The notes beneath the pieces were generated by a model. That model ran no database searches and was not told the origin of the DNA. It was given only the letters and a program-made list of their open reading frames with translations. A stretch of 64,000 bases of DNA from Candidatus Pelagibacter sp. (GTDB lineage: Bacteria; Pseudomonadota; Alphaproteobacteria; Paracaedibacterales; CAIOTO01): the NCBI GenBank assembly GCA_013823725.1, contig PNMQ01000004.1, positions 119,156 to 183,155 on the forward strand. The letters run 5' to 3'. A program made the position numbers and the translations under genes. This document shows, piece by piece, positions 9,834-20,610 of this stretch. Within the stretch, counting starts at the first letter, position 1. Each line of letters begins with the position of its first letter.

Positions 9834-10697
9834 ATGAACTTTGGTCTTCTCGCATTAAAACAAATGATAGCTTTAATTTCTGGCTCTAAAAATCTTCCTA
9901 TTCAACTCCATGATTATTTTATTGAAGCAAGAGTGCCGCATTGCTGTGTTTTGTTCGAAAACAACTTAAACAAACCATTAATCCAAAAGTTAGAAACAAG
10001 CAATACCCCATATATCATTAATCAAATTGGTCAGCTTCGACCTTTCTTTAAATTTTTAAAACAACACAATGTGAACAAACTTATTTTTTCAGGCTCCATT
10101 GACCGAAAAAAAATCAACCCTCTTCATTTTGATACTTTAGGTTTAAAATGGCTTTTCAAAATAGGAGGCGCATTTTTCAAAGGTGATGATAATTTGTTGC
10201 AGTCACTGATAAAATTATTGCAAAAAGAACAATTTGAAATTGTGCCCGCTAGCTATTATTTAAAAGATCTATTTACTGATGTTGGCAACCATGCCTCTTT
10301 AAAAATATCTTGCGACAGAATAGCTGATGCTCAATACGGTTTTGATTTACTTCACACTCTTTCCCCATTTGATGTAGGACAAGCTGTAATTGTAGATAGA
10401 GGAAAAATTATAGGCATTGAAGGACCTGAAGGAACAGAACAACTTATACAACGCTGTAAAGATCTTTTGACACCAGACTCCAAAGCCATTCTAGTTAAAG
10501 CGTCCAAAAAAAATCAATCTCATTTGATTGATATGCCCACCATTGGGCCTGAAACTTTTACGCAAGCACATCAGTGTATGATAACTGGCATTGCTATTGA
10601 AGCTTTAAAAGTGCAAGTTCTTGATCTGTCCAAATGCATTGAAATCGCCAATCAAAATAACATGTATTTTTATTCTATGAATAACCAAGAAAGATAA
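9834..10697 (+). CDS. lpxI: UDP-2,3-diacylglucosamine pyrophosphatase LpxI (DUF1009)
   Basis: Size about 280 aa and a conserved core (FDVGQAVIVDRGKIIGIEGPEGTEQLIQR ... IDMPTIGPET), typical of alphaproteobacterial LpxI. Confidence 0.7.
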   Translation: MNFGLLALKQMIALISGSKNLPIQLHDYFIEARVPHCCVLFENNLNKPLIQKLETSNTPYIINQIGQLRPFFKFLKQHNVNKLIFSGSIDRKKINPLHFDTLGLKWLFKIGGAFFKGDDNLLQSLIKLLQKEQFEIVPASYYLKDLFTDVGNHASLKISCDRIADAQYGFDLLHTLSPFDVGQAVIVDRGKIIGIEGPEGTEQLIQRCKDLLTPDSKAILVKASKKNQSHLIDMPTIGPETFTQAHQCMITGIAIEALKVQVLDLSKCIEIANQNNMYFYSMNNQER

Positions 10698-10700
10698 ATT

Positions 10701-11999
10701 ATGAAAACTCCTGCTCGTTATGAAACTGTCGTCGAATTGTTGGAATTGATGCTCGATTCCTTGCATATGCCTGTCGATAAAATTATCCATTACTATATGA
10801 AAGAAAGAACATATATAGGTGCAAAAGATCGTAGATTTATCGTTGATACTTTCTATAAAATCCTTAGACATAGCAACAAGATTTTACGTTTAGCACCCAA
10901 TTCTCCTCGACTCATTTTAGCGCATTACTTAATGCATTTTGAAAACTTTGAATTAAAAGATTTAGATACCATTTTTACTGGTGAAGAATATGAACTGGAT
11001 TATTTAAGACCTGCTGAAAAAAAGAAACTATCGAACAAAGTCGTATTTGACGAATATGAAATGCTGAATCTTCCCAAACGATTGGTTGATTTTTTAAAAG
11101 AGGACGGAATTATATCGGATATAGAATCATTTTCTGAATCTTTACTAGATGAAGCCCCCCTCACTTTAAGAGTCAACAAAACCAAAGCAAAAGTGGAAGA
11201 AATTACAACTCAATTGGATGCACTTCAAATACCATGTTCCATAGGTTCTCATTCTGATCATGCTATCATTTGTTCAAAACGTTTTAATTTGCAGGAAACT
11301 GCGTTTTTAAAACAAGGACATGTTGAAGTACAAGATGAAGGTTCTCAACTTATGTCTTTGTTTTGCAATGTCAAAGAGCCTATGAAAGTTCTCGATTTTT
11401 GTGCGGGTGGTGGCGGAAAAACTTTGCATTTAGCAGATCTTATGAATCATAAAGGCCAAATTTTTGCACACGATATTCATACTAAAAGATTACAACAACT
11501 TAAAAAACGTGCAGCACGTGCAGAAATATTCAATCTCCAATTTATAGACGATGCAAGTGAATCATTTCAGTCTAGATATCAAAACTACTTTGATTGCGTT
11601 TTAGTTGATGCGCCCTGTTCTGGCACAGGAACGTGGAGGAGGAATCCAGATATGCGCATTAAATTCGATAAAATCAATATCGATGAACTGGCTCAATTGC
11701 AACTTGATATTCTTCAACAAGCAAGTATATTCGTAAAACCTAAGGGTTCGCTTGTGTATGTAACATGCTCTGTTTTAAAACAAGAAAATCAGTCTGTAAT
11801 AGAAAATTTTTTAAATACACTTGACCCAGAATTTATGCAGTTTGAAATTGATGACAGTTTTCATCAAAAAAGCACAGCTGATTTATGGGCAAAACTAAAA
11901 GCAGAATCGCAATCTGAAGAAACAATGGGTTTAAATTTATTTCCGCACATTCATAAAACCGATGGTTTTTATATCTGTAGATTAAAGCGAACCGTCTAA
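10701..11999 (+). CDS. rsmB: 16S rRNA m5C methyltransferase, RsmB/Sun (NOL1/NOP2) family
   Basis: SAM-binding motif DFCAGGGGKT, catalytic motifs DAPCSGTGTWRRNPD and YVTCS, and an N-terminal NusB-like region. Confidence 0.8.
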   Translation: MKTPARYETVVELLELMLDSLHMPVDKIIHYYMKERTYIGAKDRRFIVDTFYKILRHSNKILRLAPNSPRLILAHYLMHFENFELKDLDTIFTGEEYELDYLRPAEKKKLSNKVVFDEYEMLNLPKRLVDFLKEDGIISDIESFSESLLDEAPLTLRVNKTKAKVEEITTQLDALQIPCSIGSHSDHAIICSKRFNLQETAFLKQGHVEVQDEGSQLMSLFCNVKEPMKVLDFCAGGGGKTLHLADLMNHKGQIFAHDIHTKRLQQLKKRAARAEIFNLQFIDDASESFQSRYQNYFDCVLVDAPCSGTGTWRRNPDMRIKFDKINIDELAQLQLDILQQASIFVKPKGSLVYVTCSVLKQENQSVIENFLNTLDPEFMQFEIDDSFHQKSTADLWAKLKAESQSEETMGLNLFPHIHKTDGFYICRLKRTV

Positions 12000-12152
12000 T
12001 TTTAGCTGTCCATTTTACGATATGATCGATTCATAATAAAAATTTTATTCATTTTATAACTATTTGAAGAGTACAATAGAATTGACACCTAAAACATTAA
12101 TCAACCCAAGATATAAAAATGCCTCACTTCATTAAATAACAATAGCAAAGAA

Positions 12153-12854
12153 ATGACAGAAAAAATACGCATAGGGCCATCACTACTTGCAGCTAATCCA
12201 CTGAATTTGGAATATGCGCTGAACTGTATACATGAAACGGATGCAAATTATTTGCATTGCGATGTTATGGATGGTATATACGTTCCCAATTTTGGTTTAT
12301 CCTTAAACGTCATTGAAAAAATACGTGACTACAGTTCTTTACCTATTGATGTTCATTTTATGACGCAAAAAATGGATTTACCTTTATCATGGTCTATGAA
12401 TTTTAAACCTCATTCCATTTCCTTTCATCCTGAAACAGTGAGCCACGTTCACCGTTATGTGGAAAGTTTAAAATCTAAAGGAATTCGTGTTGGGTTAGCA
12501 TTTAACCCCTCAACATCCATTAAAATACTTGATGAAATTCATGATCTTTTAGACCACGTGTTAGTTATGGGGGTTAATCCTGGATTTTGTGGTCAACAAT
12601 TTATTTCTTCCACCTGTTCAAAAATTACCCGAATTAAACAGAATTTTCCATCACTTCCTATTCAAGTTGATGGAGCCATTAGTTTAGAAACAATACAACC
12701 GTGTTTTGCATCCGGCGCTACATCTTTTGTGTGCGGCTCATCGCTGTTTTCTAATGTATTTCATGAAAATAGTGCGTCTGAATTTCCAAAAAAAAATATA
12801 GATTTTTTACAATCACAAATACAGGCATTACGCCAATCTACAGAAACCCTATAA
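12153..12854 (+). CDS. rpe: Ribulose-phosphate 3-epimerase
   Basis: Motifs HCDVMDGIYVPNFG, VMGVNPGFCGQ, and QVDGAI. Confidence 0.9.
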   Translation: MTEKIRIGPSLLAANPLNLEYALNCIHETDANYLHCDVMDGIYVPNFGLSLNVIEKIRDYSSLPIDVHFMTQKMDLPLSWSMNFKPHSISFHPETVSHVHRYVESLKSKGIRVGLAFNPSTSIKILDEIHDLLDHVLVMGVNPGFCGQQFISSTCSKITRIKQNFPSLPIQVDGAISLETIQPCFASGATSFVCGSSLFSNVFHENSASEFPKKNIDFLQSQIQALRQSTETL

Positions 12855-12856
12855 AC

Positions 12857-14629
12857 GTGAAACATACTGACACACACTCTTCTTTATCACAGCAATTTTG
12901 GCAATGGCTTTTACAATACAAAAGTTATGGGTTTTCTTTATTAAGCAAAAAGAAAAAGTCACTCTCCTTTCAAAACCGGGAATGGGTTCCTGGTAATGCC
13001 TTGAGAGGAAAAAAAATAATTCAAAATGATATTACTTTTGATCACCAATCATTCAGAGTCCAAGATATTTTTTCAATGATAGAAGGAACTTTAGCCCCAC
13101 ATTCTGAAGCTTTAACATATTTGCATTCTTTTGGTTTCCTTAGAGACCTTCTAGCCGTTCCTGAAAATAGTGCCCGAAAATTTGCACGCCAAATTATTGA
13201 AAACTGGATTATATATCATCAGTCAACTTTTTCAAATCATTGGACCAGCAAAGCTTGGGATATCGAAATCGTAGCCATACGCCTATATAGCCTTATCATT
13301 TTTCACCAAGAACTTATCAATACATCCAGTGACCAATTTAAAGACATCATTGAAAATGAAATTGACAGAAACTTCAGATTTTTAAGAAGGCATTGGTCTT
13401 TTGAAAAAGAAAATCTTAATTTATTTTGGTGTTTAAGCAGTTTACTTATTGCGTATTCAAATGGTTATGACAAATATGTTTATCATCATGAAATTTTAGC
13501 AAATTTGCATCTATTTCGAAAAAAAATAAATCTAATCATCCTTAATGACGGCATGATTTATTTACGAGATACCAGTCTTCAAGTCTACGTTGTTCAAAAT
13601 CTTATAGAAGTGAGAACGGCGTTACTCAATTGGGTTAATCGCCTGAATCAAAAAAAGAAAAGTAAAGCTAATCAAAAAATAGTTGATCAACTCAATGATC
13701 TCATGAATTATATCCAAAAAAAAATTGATTCCATGACTAATATTATTCGATTAATGCGTCATGGCGATGGATCTTTAACACATTTAGCGATCCAGCATAC
13801 CGTTTGGAAAGGATTAAACTTTAGTCCATCATCAGACCAAATTGATAGTATTTTAAGCATGTCTTTAAGCGATTCATCAAGGCCTTTAACGCGAGCACCT
13901 TACGGGGGGCTTGAACGACTCACGAATAAAAAGTCTGTTGTCATTGTTAACACTAATATGGCAGAAGACGAAACAAAAAAAGTTATGCCTATCTATACAA
14001 ACAGAGATGAAGTCGAAGACTTTGAGGGTGAAAAATCACTGGAGGTTCTCAATTTTGACTGGAGCTTGGGCTCTATTCGTATCATTGAAAATGCTGAAAT
14101 CATCCTTCAAATGCCTAATGGTGAATGGATTGATGCGATTGATAAATCAGTATCTCTTCTGAAGATTAAACGTCATTTTCAAGAGAACAAATCGGTATGC
14201 TTTTTTGAATTAGAAAGCTCTATACAGCAGCTTTCATTCACGCTTCAAAAACTGCTAATGTTGGATTCTGACAAATTACTGTTCAAAGCAAGAGAGACAT
14301 TTCAGCTCAATTTTAATTGTATTATTGGTTTAAAATTTAAGCTTAATCCCTTATGCCGTCTACGAAAATTGCATGATAATATTTGCATTGAATTTTCTGA
14401 AAAAGCAGCAAAAGAAGGTTTTAATTTATCCTACCCCAACACACTCAATTCTTCATTTTTACAAAACCACAGACCTCATCATAAAGAACCATTAACTTGG
14501 ATTTTTCGTTCTTCTGGTGAAGATCAAAAAGAATTCTTTAATGACAATGCACACCCCGAAATTATCCTTTTAAAATCTATTGCAAAAAAGAAACAAACAT
14601 CCATTCAGTGGTCATTCGAAATTGAATAA
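12857..14629 (+). CDS. Heparinase II/III-like family protein (alphaproteobacterial conserved, function unknown)
   Basis: GTG start. About 590 aa. The N-terminal pattern GNALRGKKI..FDHQSF...LHSFGFLRDL....ARQIIENWI, together with its position just after rsmB, matches the conserved alphaproteobacterial heparinase-II/III-like gene. This call rests on recall, not on a search. Confidence 0.5.
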   Translation: MKHTDTHSSLSQQFWQWLLQYKSYGFSLLSKKKKSLSFQNREWVPGNALRGKKIIQNDITFDHQSFRVQDIFSMIEGTLAPHSEALTYLHSFGFLRDLLAVPENSARKFARQIIENWIIYHQSTFSNHWTSKAWDIEIVAIRLYSLIIFHQELINTSSDQFKDIIENEIDRNFRFLRRHWSFEKENLNLFWCLSSLLIAYSNGYDKYVYHHEILANLHLFRKKINLIILNDGMIYLRDTSLQVYVVQNLIEVRTALLNWVNRLNQKKKSKANQKIVDQLNDLMNYIQKKIDSMTNIIRLMRHGDGSLTHLAIQHTVWKGLNFSPSSDQIDSILSMSLSDSSRPLTRAPYGGLERLTNKKSVVIVNTNMAEDETKKVMPIYTNRDEVEDFEGEKSLEVLNFDWSLGSIRIIENAEIILQMPNGEWIDAIDKSVSLLKIKRHFQENKSVCFFELESSIQQLSFTLQKLLMLDSDKLLFKARETFQLNFNCIIGLKFKLNPLCRLRKLHDNICIEFSEKAAKEGFNLSYPNTLNSSFLQNHRPHHKEPLTWIFRSSGEDQKEFFNDNAHPEIILLKSIAKKKQTSIQWSFEIE

Positions 14630-14652
14630 AGAAAATAAAAAAAGCATTATAT

Positions 14653-15390
14653 ATGAACAACATATTGAATCTTAGCCCATTTGAACGTTTCGAATTTGCA
14701 TTTATATTCATACCTAGCAATGCACATTTAGCATTACTTAATAAATTAGCAACCCTCATTGATTATGAAATTGAGAATCTGAAACAATTACATACCCCCA
14801 CAATAAACGAATATTATCACAATCATGTTGTAAACTTTCCACATTTATCCGTTGGTCAGTATGGCCTTATGGGTATAGAAATAGATCCATTAATCCATAT
14901 TGTGGAACAAGTATCAAATAACATACCTGCATTCCAACTTGAAATGCTTCCAGAACTATCCTTTTTGGACAACTATGTTTTTTTTGATGCACAAGATTGT
15001 TATAAAAATGTTGATCCCATTTTTAAAAATACATTTCTAAGGTTCAGAGATCAATTTTTTAAAAACATTCAAACCAAATTCCCTATCAAACAAGCCTATC
15101 TTCATAAACAAAAAAATAGTGACAGCATATTAGAATTAGATTTAATTGACCAATTTTATCAGAATTGGATGATCCCAGAACACAATAGGATGAGACCGCA
15201 TTTTACCCTACAATACTTTCCAGTTTTCAATAAAAATCTTATTGAATTAAAGTTAGGTCACAACCCTAAAATTCAAAATCTTCTTAAGAAGCTACAAAAT
15301 ATATTCATTGATAAAATAGGCTTTATAGAAATAGATACTTTTGGTAATCCAACAACAAAGAATCCCCACTATTGGATCAATCTGCACTGA
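14653..15390 (+). CDS. Hypothetical protein, possible 2H phosphoesterase (LigT-like) fold
   Basis: Two H-x-S/T-x motifs in hydrophobic context (FPHLSVGQY and RPHFTLQYF), about 120 residues apart. The N-terminal strand-helix RFEFAFIFIPSNAHLALLNKL resembles the LigT start. Confidence 0.35.
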   Translation: MNNILNLSPFERFEFAFIFIPSNAHLALLNKLATLIDYEIENLKQLHTPTINEYYHNHVVNFPHLSVGQYGLMGIEIDPLIHIVEQVSNNIPAFQLEMLPELSFLDNYVFFDAQDCYKNVDPIFKNTFLRFRDQFFKNIQTKFPIKQAYLHKQKNSDSILELDLIDQFYQNWMIPEHNRMRPHFTLQYFPVFNKNLIELKLGHNPKIQNLLKKLQNIFIDKIGFIEIDTFGNPTTKNPHYWINLH

Positions 15391-15469
15391 TGCCCTACTT
15401 TGCTAATCCACAAAATAATAAAGTAATGTGCTGCAAGATTAAAAGATAAAAACTCTTGCACAAACTAAT

Positions 15470-16258
15470 TTAATTAACATTCTTCCAAATGCGTCGCATT
15501 GATAGATAAAATAATAGGCTCATTATGAAGGTATAAATAAGAAACTTAACTCCAATAGTTTTTCTCTGCTCTAACTCTGGCTCCGCAGCCCATGCTAGAA
15601 ATGTAACAACATCATGTGCCATTTGTTCAATTGTTGCATCTGTTCCATCAGTATAGGTCACTAAACCCTTTGATAAAGGTTGAGGCATAGCAATTTTATG
15701 GCCTGGAAAATATTGATTGTAATATAAATTTGAAGAAATTTCGAAACCTTTTGGTGCTTTGGTATACCCTGTTAAAAGGGCATACATATAATTTAAACCA
15801 TTTACTTTAGCCTTTGTAATTAATGATAAATCAGGAGGCTCGGCACCACCGTTTGATGCTTTAGCTGCGTTGACATTTGGATAAGGATTAGGAAAGGCAT
15901 CCCTAGGTAAACCAGGTCGTTCAAACATTTTTCCATCTTGATCAGGACCATCAGCAATTATAAAGCTGCTTGCGAATGCTTTTATTTCATCTTCATTGTA
16001 ACCAAGATCACTTAAAGTTCTAAAAGCAACGAATTTCAACCCATGACACGCCGCACAAACTTGTTTATAAACCTGCAACCCACGTTGCAAAGATCTACGA
16101 TCAAAGGTTCCCGTTGCTTTTTGAAAGGACCATTCTTGTTCTGGAATTTTGATATCGCTTTTTTCAGCCCACAAAATTGGCGCTTTCATACATAAAAAAA
16201 TACACATAAAAAATTGGATGAGGATCTTTTTCGTCAATTTTGATTTATAATTTTGCAC
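15470..16258 (-). CDS. petC: Cytochrome c1 (bc1 complex subunit)
   Basis: Signal peptide, heme motif CAACHG, PPDLS motif, IAMP (Met ligand region), and a C-terminal TM anchor. Confidence 0.85.
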   Translation of the reverse strand: MQNYKSKLTKKILIQFFMCIFLCMKAPILWAEKSDIKIPEQEWSFQKATGTFDRRSLQRGLQVYKQVCAACHGLKFVAFRTLSDLGYNEDEIKAFASSFIIADGPDQDGKMFERPGLPRDAFPNPYPNVNAAKASNGGAEPPDLSLITKAKVNGLNYMYALLTGYTKAPKGFEISSNLYYNQYFPGHKIAMPQPLSKGLVTYTDGTDATIEQMAHDVVTFLAWAAEPELEQRKTIGVKFLIYTFIMSLLFYLSMRRIWKNVN

Positions 16259-16397
16259 TTTATAACTTCTATATAAACTTTTGCTCTTTTCTGTATTTTT
16301 TCACGTTCTACAAAAAAAATAAATAGCTATCCTTCCTATTTGACCCCATTATTCATTATCAACAATGAATTGCTGATTTCTTACTACTAAATCCTGT

Positions 16398-16961
16398 TTA
16401 AATCGACCTTGCGCATTTAATAGCGAACTTCGTTATATTTTCGATTAAAGATGTTGTCAAAGGAAATTTTGCCTTTAAGTTCATTTCACTTTCAGTATTA
16501 GCTATTTCTTTATGCTGGCATTCTTCTTCTCTAAATTGCTCTAAAGTATATGCTAATTTTTTTTCATCCATATTCTGACTTTGAGATAGCAATTGAACTT
16601 GATGAGAATAATGTTCATCGATAATCGTTTCAACAGCACTGGTGCATGCATGCGCCAAGTTTCGTCCTGCAAATGCTGTTATTGCACCCATTAAAAAACC
16701 TCCAACATGCCAAAATGGCATTAAGTATGAAGGCCTTATCCTTTTTTCAACAAGGTAGTGGTTAAAAAAACGAAGATGTTGATATTCCTGATCTAACATA
16801 TGCGTAATCGTAGGATCTGCACCTAAAATAAATAACTGGCCCTTATAAATTTGAACAGCGCCATATTCACCAGCATGATTGATACGCATCCAACGGTGAA
16901 ATTCTTCTTGTTTCACACATTGCATATTTTCTTCATTCTCATTAACGACTAAATCGTTCAT
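16398..16961 (-). CDS. coq7: Demethoxyubiquinone hydroxylase Coq7 (di-iron)
   Basis: RINHAGEYGAVQIYKGQ together with di-iron E..H motifs (DEHYSHQ, EEECQHKE). Confidence 0.85.
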   Translation of the reverse strand: MNDLVVNENEENMQCVKQEEFHRWMRINHAGEYGAVQIYKGQLFILGADPTITHMLDQEYQHLRFFNHYLVEKRIRPSYLMPFWHVGGFLMGAITAFAGRNLAHACTSAVETIIDEHYSHQVQLLSQSQNMDEKKLAYTLEQFREEECQHKEIANTESEMNLKAKFPLTTSLIENITKFAIKCARSI

Positions 16962-18319
16962 ATGTTTTGCTCCAATACATCGGGGATTCCATCAAACTTT
17001 TGGGCTAATTTTTTTTTAGTTTTTTCTTTATTCATTTCTACTAAATTTATCAATGTCTTTCGCATTTCATCAATAGGCACAAATAAATTTAAACTGATCA
17101 GAAAAAAACCTGAAAAAAACATGAGTAACCCAAGTACAGCCCAAACTCCAAAAATTTCTGAAAAATAATGTGTCAAATAACCTGTAGATAAGTACATCAA
17201 TGCCTTAGTAATTCCTGCAGCCTTTGAATATTGTGAAAAACGATTACTGACGTGAAAAGACTTAATTACAAGTGGTGCAGCAGGATCAAAACTTGCTGTA
17301 GAAATAATAGCTATAACTTGAGCGACAAAAATACTTAAATGACTTGTATTTGTTATCATCCACAAGAAGCTTAAAGGCATCAATACAAAAGATGTCCATG
17401 TTCTGATTTTTAAAATTTTAAAAGGATGATGCTTTATCGTAAATCTTGCGCAAATATATAAAAAAATAATTTCTGCAAACATCACAAAACCGTTGCTAAA
17501 TAAAATGGAGCTAGGAGACATTCGTAAACGATCTGACATCATATCTGAACAAACACTAAAAGCAAAATAAAATGCTGTGGGGCAAATAACGTTCATACCC
17601 AACAAAGCCATAAAATTACGTTTTTCAAAATACCGTTGAAGAAGTGTCTCTTCTGTATCAAACGTTTTTTGTGATGTTGTAAATTCTTCGGGTTCAGTCA
17701 AATATAGTCTTGCAAATGTTGCACATACGGCAATAACAGCACCGATATAAAATGCAACCTTCCAACCGTCTTGTGGCAGAAAACTGAGGCATAAACTACC
17801 CATTAATGAAGCAAAAAAGCCCCCTAAATCACATGTTATAGGAATCAAAACAGAGGCAAGAAACACCTTGGATGTTAACGGCAATGTTTCAGCGATATAT
17901 ATTTCTGCGCATTTAGATTCTCCCGTAGAGCTGAATCCCTGAAGGGTTCGACACAACATCATAAGAAACGTAGCATAAAAACCCCACTGAGCGTATGTAG
18001 GAATATTGGGAATAACCAAACACGTTCCTGCCATAATCAAAGTTGTATAGGTTAACACAGTTACACGACCATATTTATCGCCTATCATTCCCCAAAAATA
18101 AGCACCAAAGGGTTTAATAATAAATGTAGAACTAAAAGCTAAAATAGTTAAAAACTTTGTCACTATTGGATCAGTTTTAGGTAAAAATATGGGAGTGATA
18201 ACAAATGAAAGATGTGTAAAAAGCATAAGATCAAAATATTCAAGAAAATTTCCCGCTAAGACGATAATCATCGACTTAATTTCGTCATACGAGAATTTAT
18301 CCTTCATTTTTTGGTTCAT
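16958..18319 (-). CDS. MFS transporter, ProP-like osmolyte/proton symporter family
   Basis: About 12 TM segments and the MFS loop motif GMIGDKYGRV. A 4-nt overlap with coq7 follows from the coordinates. Confidence 0.75.
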   Translation of the reverse strand: MNQKMKDKFSYDEIKSMIIVLAGNFLEYFDLMLFTHLSFVITPIFLPKTDPIVTKFLTILAFSSTFIIKPFGAYFWGMIGDKYGRVTVLTYTTLIMAGTCLVIPNIPTYAQWGFYATFLMMLCRTLQGFSSTGESKCAEIYIAETLPLTSKVFLASVLIPITCDLGGFFASLMGSLCLSFLPQDGWKVAFYIGAVIAVCATFARLYLTEPEEFTTSQKTFDTEETLLQRYFEKRNFMALLGMNVICPTAFYFAFSVCSDMMSDRLRMSPSSILFSNGFVMFAEIIFLYICARFTIKHHPFKILKIRTWTSFVLMPLSFLWMITNTSHLSIFVAQVIAIISTASFDPAAPLVIKSFHVSNRFSQYSKAAGITKALMYLSTGYLTHYFSEIFGVWAVLGLLMFFSGFFLISLNLFVPIDEMRKTLINLVEMNKEKTKKKLAQKFDGIPDVLEQNI

Positions 18320-18388
18320 TATCGCCTTTTTCCCGATCCTATATTTATAAATAATATTTCTTTGAAAGTATACATAACCCTGCCTAAA

Positions 18389-20131
18389 CTAATTCATTTC
18401 TTCCACAAGTTCGATTTTTAATATTGAACTTGCAATTTTAAAAATTAAAATATTCGTTTGAATTAATTTAAGACGAGCGAGTGATATATTCAAATCCTTG
18501 GGATCAATAAAACGCAGATGTGAATTTTCTCTACCAGCATTCCACAAAACACTAAAGCGATAGGCAAGTTGGTACAAATGCTGAATAATACGATGAGGTT
18601 CTTTATGAACATATGCCATCTGCAACACACGAGGCCAATTGTTAATCTCCTTGATTAATGCTATTTCTTCGTCGTTCACTAATAAGTCTAATGCTACTTT
18701 TTCTAATGATTTATCGTAAGCGATATGAGGAAATGTTTTTGTCATTTGCTTAATCACAGAATGCATGCGGGCATACGCGTAATTAACATAAAAAACGGGA
18801 TTATCTTTATTGTGCGATACCACTAAATCAAAATCAAAATCTAAGGCCATATCATGATGCCTAGATAACATTAAATAGCGCGTAGCATTGATACCAACGC
18901 GTTCGAGAACATCTCTAAAAGTAATAAAATTGCCAGACCTTTTGGACATACGAACAGGTTTTCCACCATCCACAAAATTCACCATCTGTGTAAGTCTAAC
19001 ATCCAACGTATCTGTATCAGACATAGCTGAGACGGCTGCTTTTAATCTTTTAACATACCCAATGTGATCAGCTCCAAAAATATTCAATAATTTCTTAAAA
19101 CCTCGTTGAATTTTATAGTAATGGTAACCAACATCACCAGCAAAGTAAGTCCAGGATTTATCAGATTTTTGCAAAGCACGATCGACATCATCTCCAAACT
19201 GAGTAGCCTTGAACAAAAGCTGTGGTTTTTCTTCCCAGTCATCAACTGTTATTCCCAGAGGCGCAGCTAAAACCCCATTGTAAATCAGGCCTGCTTCCTC
19301 AAAATTCTTAAGCATTCGATCCAAGTGTCCTTGAGAAATAACTTCTTTTTCTGACGTGTATACATCCATTATAATGTGAGCAAAATCCAAATCATCTTTA
19401 ATTTGATCCATCATTTCAACCACACTAAAATCTTTTACGATTTGAAGTAATTTAGCATGGTCTAACGACAGCAAAGTATCCCCATATTTTTCTTTTAATT
19501 TTGAACCGACGGAATTTAAATAATCTCCTCTGTACATATCAGGTCCAAATTGATCATCAGAAATATCTTGACCTAAAGCTTGTTTATAACGCAATATCGC
19601 CGATTCACCGAGGGCGTCAACTTGTCCCCCTGCATCGTTGATGTAATATTCACGTGTCACTTTGTGTCCGCAAAATTCTAACAATGATGCCAGCGTATCT
19701 CCATAAATAGCATTACGTCCATGTCCTGCATGTAGAGGTCCTGTAGGATTGACAGAAACAAATTCCACAAGAATTTCTTCTGGATTCTCAATATGAGGCT
19801 TACCAAAAGATTCTTTGACTCCCCAAATTTTCGTTACAGTTTCATGCCAAAACGAAGGCTTCATAGTCATATTAATAAAACCAGGACCTGCAATTTCAAT
19901 TTTCAAAATATTTTCGTTATCATTCAAACGAACAATAATTTTTTGGGCAAGCTCTTGAGGTTTACACGATAACTGCTTAGATAGGACCATAGCAACATTC
20001 GTAGCTAAATCGCCATGACGAGCGTCTTTTGTTGGCTCGACAACAACTTTTGAAAAATCTATGTGATCAAGATTATAATCCATTTTTACAGCTTCTATAA
20101 GCCATTGATAAACATCATTAAAAATATTCAT
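18389..20131 (-). CDS. argS: Arginine--tRNA ligase
   Basis: HIGH-type PTGPLHAGHGRN, the KMSKS variant MSKRSGNF, and the N-terminal Arg-tRNA add-1 domain. Confidence 0.95.
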   Translation of the reverse strand: MNIFNDVYQWLIEAVKMDYNLDHIDFSKVVVEPTKDARHGDLATNVAMVLSKQLSCKPQELAQKIIVRLNDNENILKIEIAGPGFINMTMKPSFWHETVTKIWGVKESFGKPHIENPEEILVEFVSVNPTGPLHAGHGRNAIYGDTLASLLEFCGHKVTREYYINDAGGQVDALGESAILRYKQALGQDISDDQFGPDMYRGDYLNSVGSKLKEKYGDTLLSLDHAKLLQIVKDFSVVEMMDQIKDDLDFAHIIMDVYTSEKEVISQGHLDRMLKNFEEAGLIYNGVLAAPLGITVDDWEEKPQLLFKATQFGDDVDRALQKSDKSWTYFAGDVGYHYYKIQRGFKKLLNIFGADHIGYVKRLKAAVSAMSDTDTLDVRLTQMVNFVDGGKPVRMSKRSGNFITFRDVLERVGINATRYLMLSRHHDMALDFDFDLVVSHNKDNPVFYVNYAYARMHSVIKQMTKTFPHIAYDKSLEKVALDLLVNDEEIALIKEINNWPRVLQMAYVHKEPHRIIQHLYQLAYRFSVLWNAGRENSHLRFIDPKDLNISLARLKLIQTNILIFKIASSILKIELVEEMN

Positions 20132-20384
20132 ATATCTCTTTTCAAAAAAACCAGTTGTATTATCTTATCAAAAAATAGCTTCAATTGCTATTTCTTCTAA
20201 TCATCTTCCTATTAGATCGCAATATTTATTTTAAAACATTACATCTTGCATCAATTTGTATATTATGTTTTTAATAAACATCTATAATTATTTTCATACT
20301 AGAATTTAATTCACTTGTTTCCATATATCAATGACATAGCAATATTTTGTTTCTTAAAATTTAATATTCCTCAGCAAAAACTTC

Positions 20385-20413
20385 TTGACATTATTTTAGT
20401 ATTTTCATAAAAT
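20385..20413 (+). promoter_or_regulatory. Candidate sigma-70 promoter for tRNA-Asp
   Basis: TTGACA (20385-20390), a 17-nt spacer, then TAAAAT (20408-20413), 36 nt upstream of the tRNA 5' end. Confidence 0.4.
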
Positions 20414-20448
20414 CTATTAAGTATCGTTTATGCGATAACCCTTCAAAA

Positions 20449-20525
<77 letters not shown>

Positions 20526-20610
20526 TTTCAATCTTATATGTCAAAATTATTATACTATATTAAAGATTCATGCTTTTTCAAAATTAATGTTTTTTTAAAA
20601 AAGTATGCTT

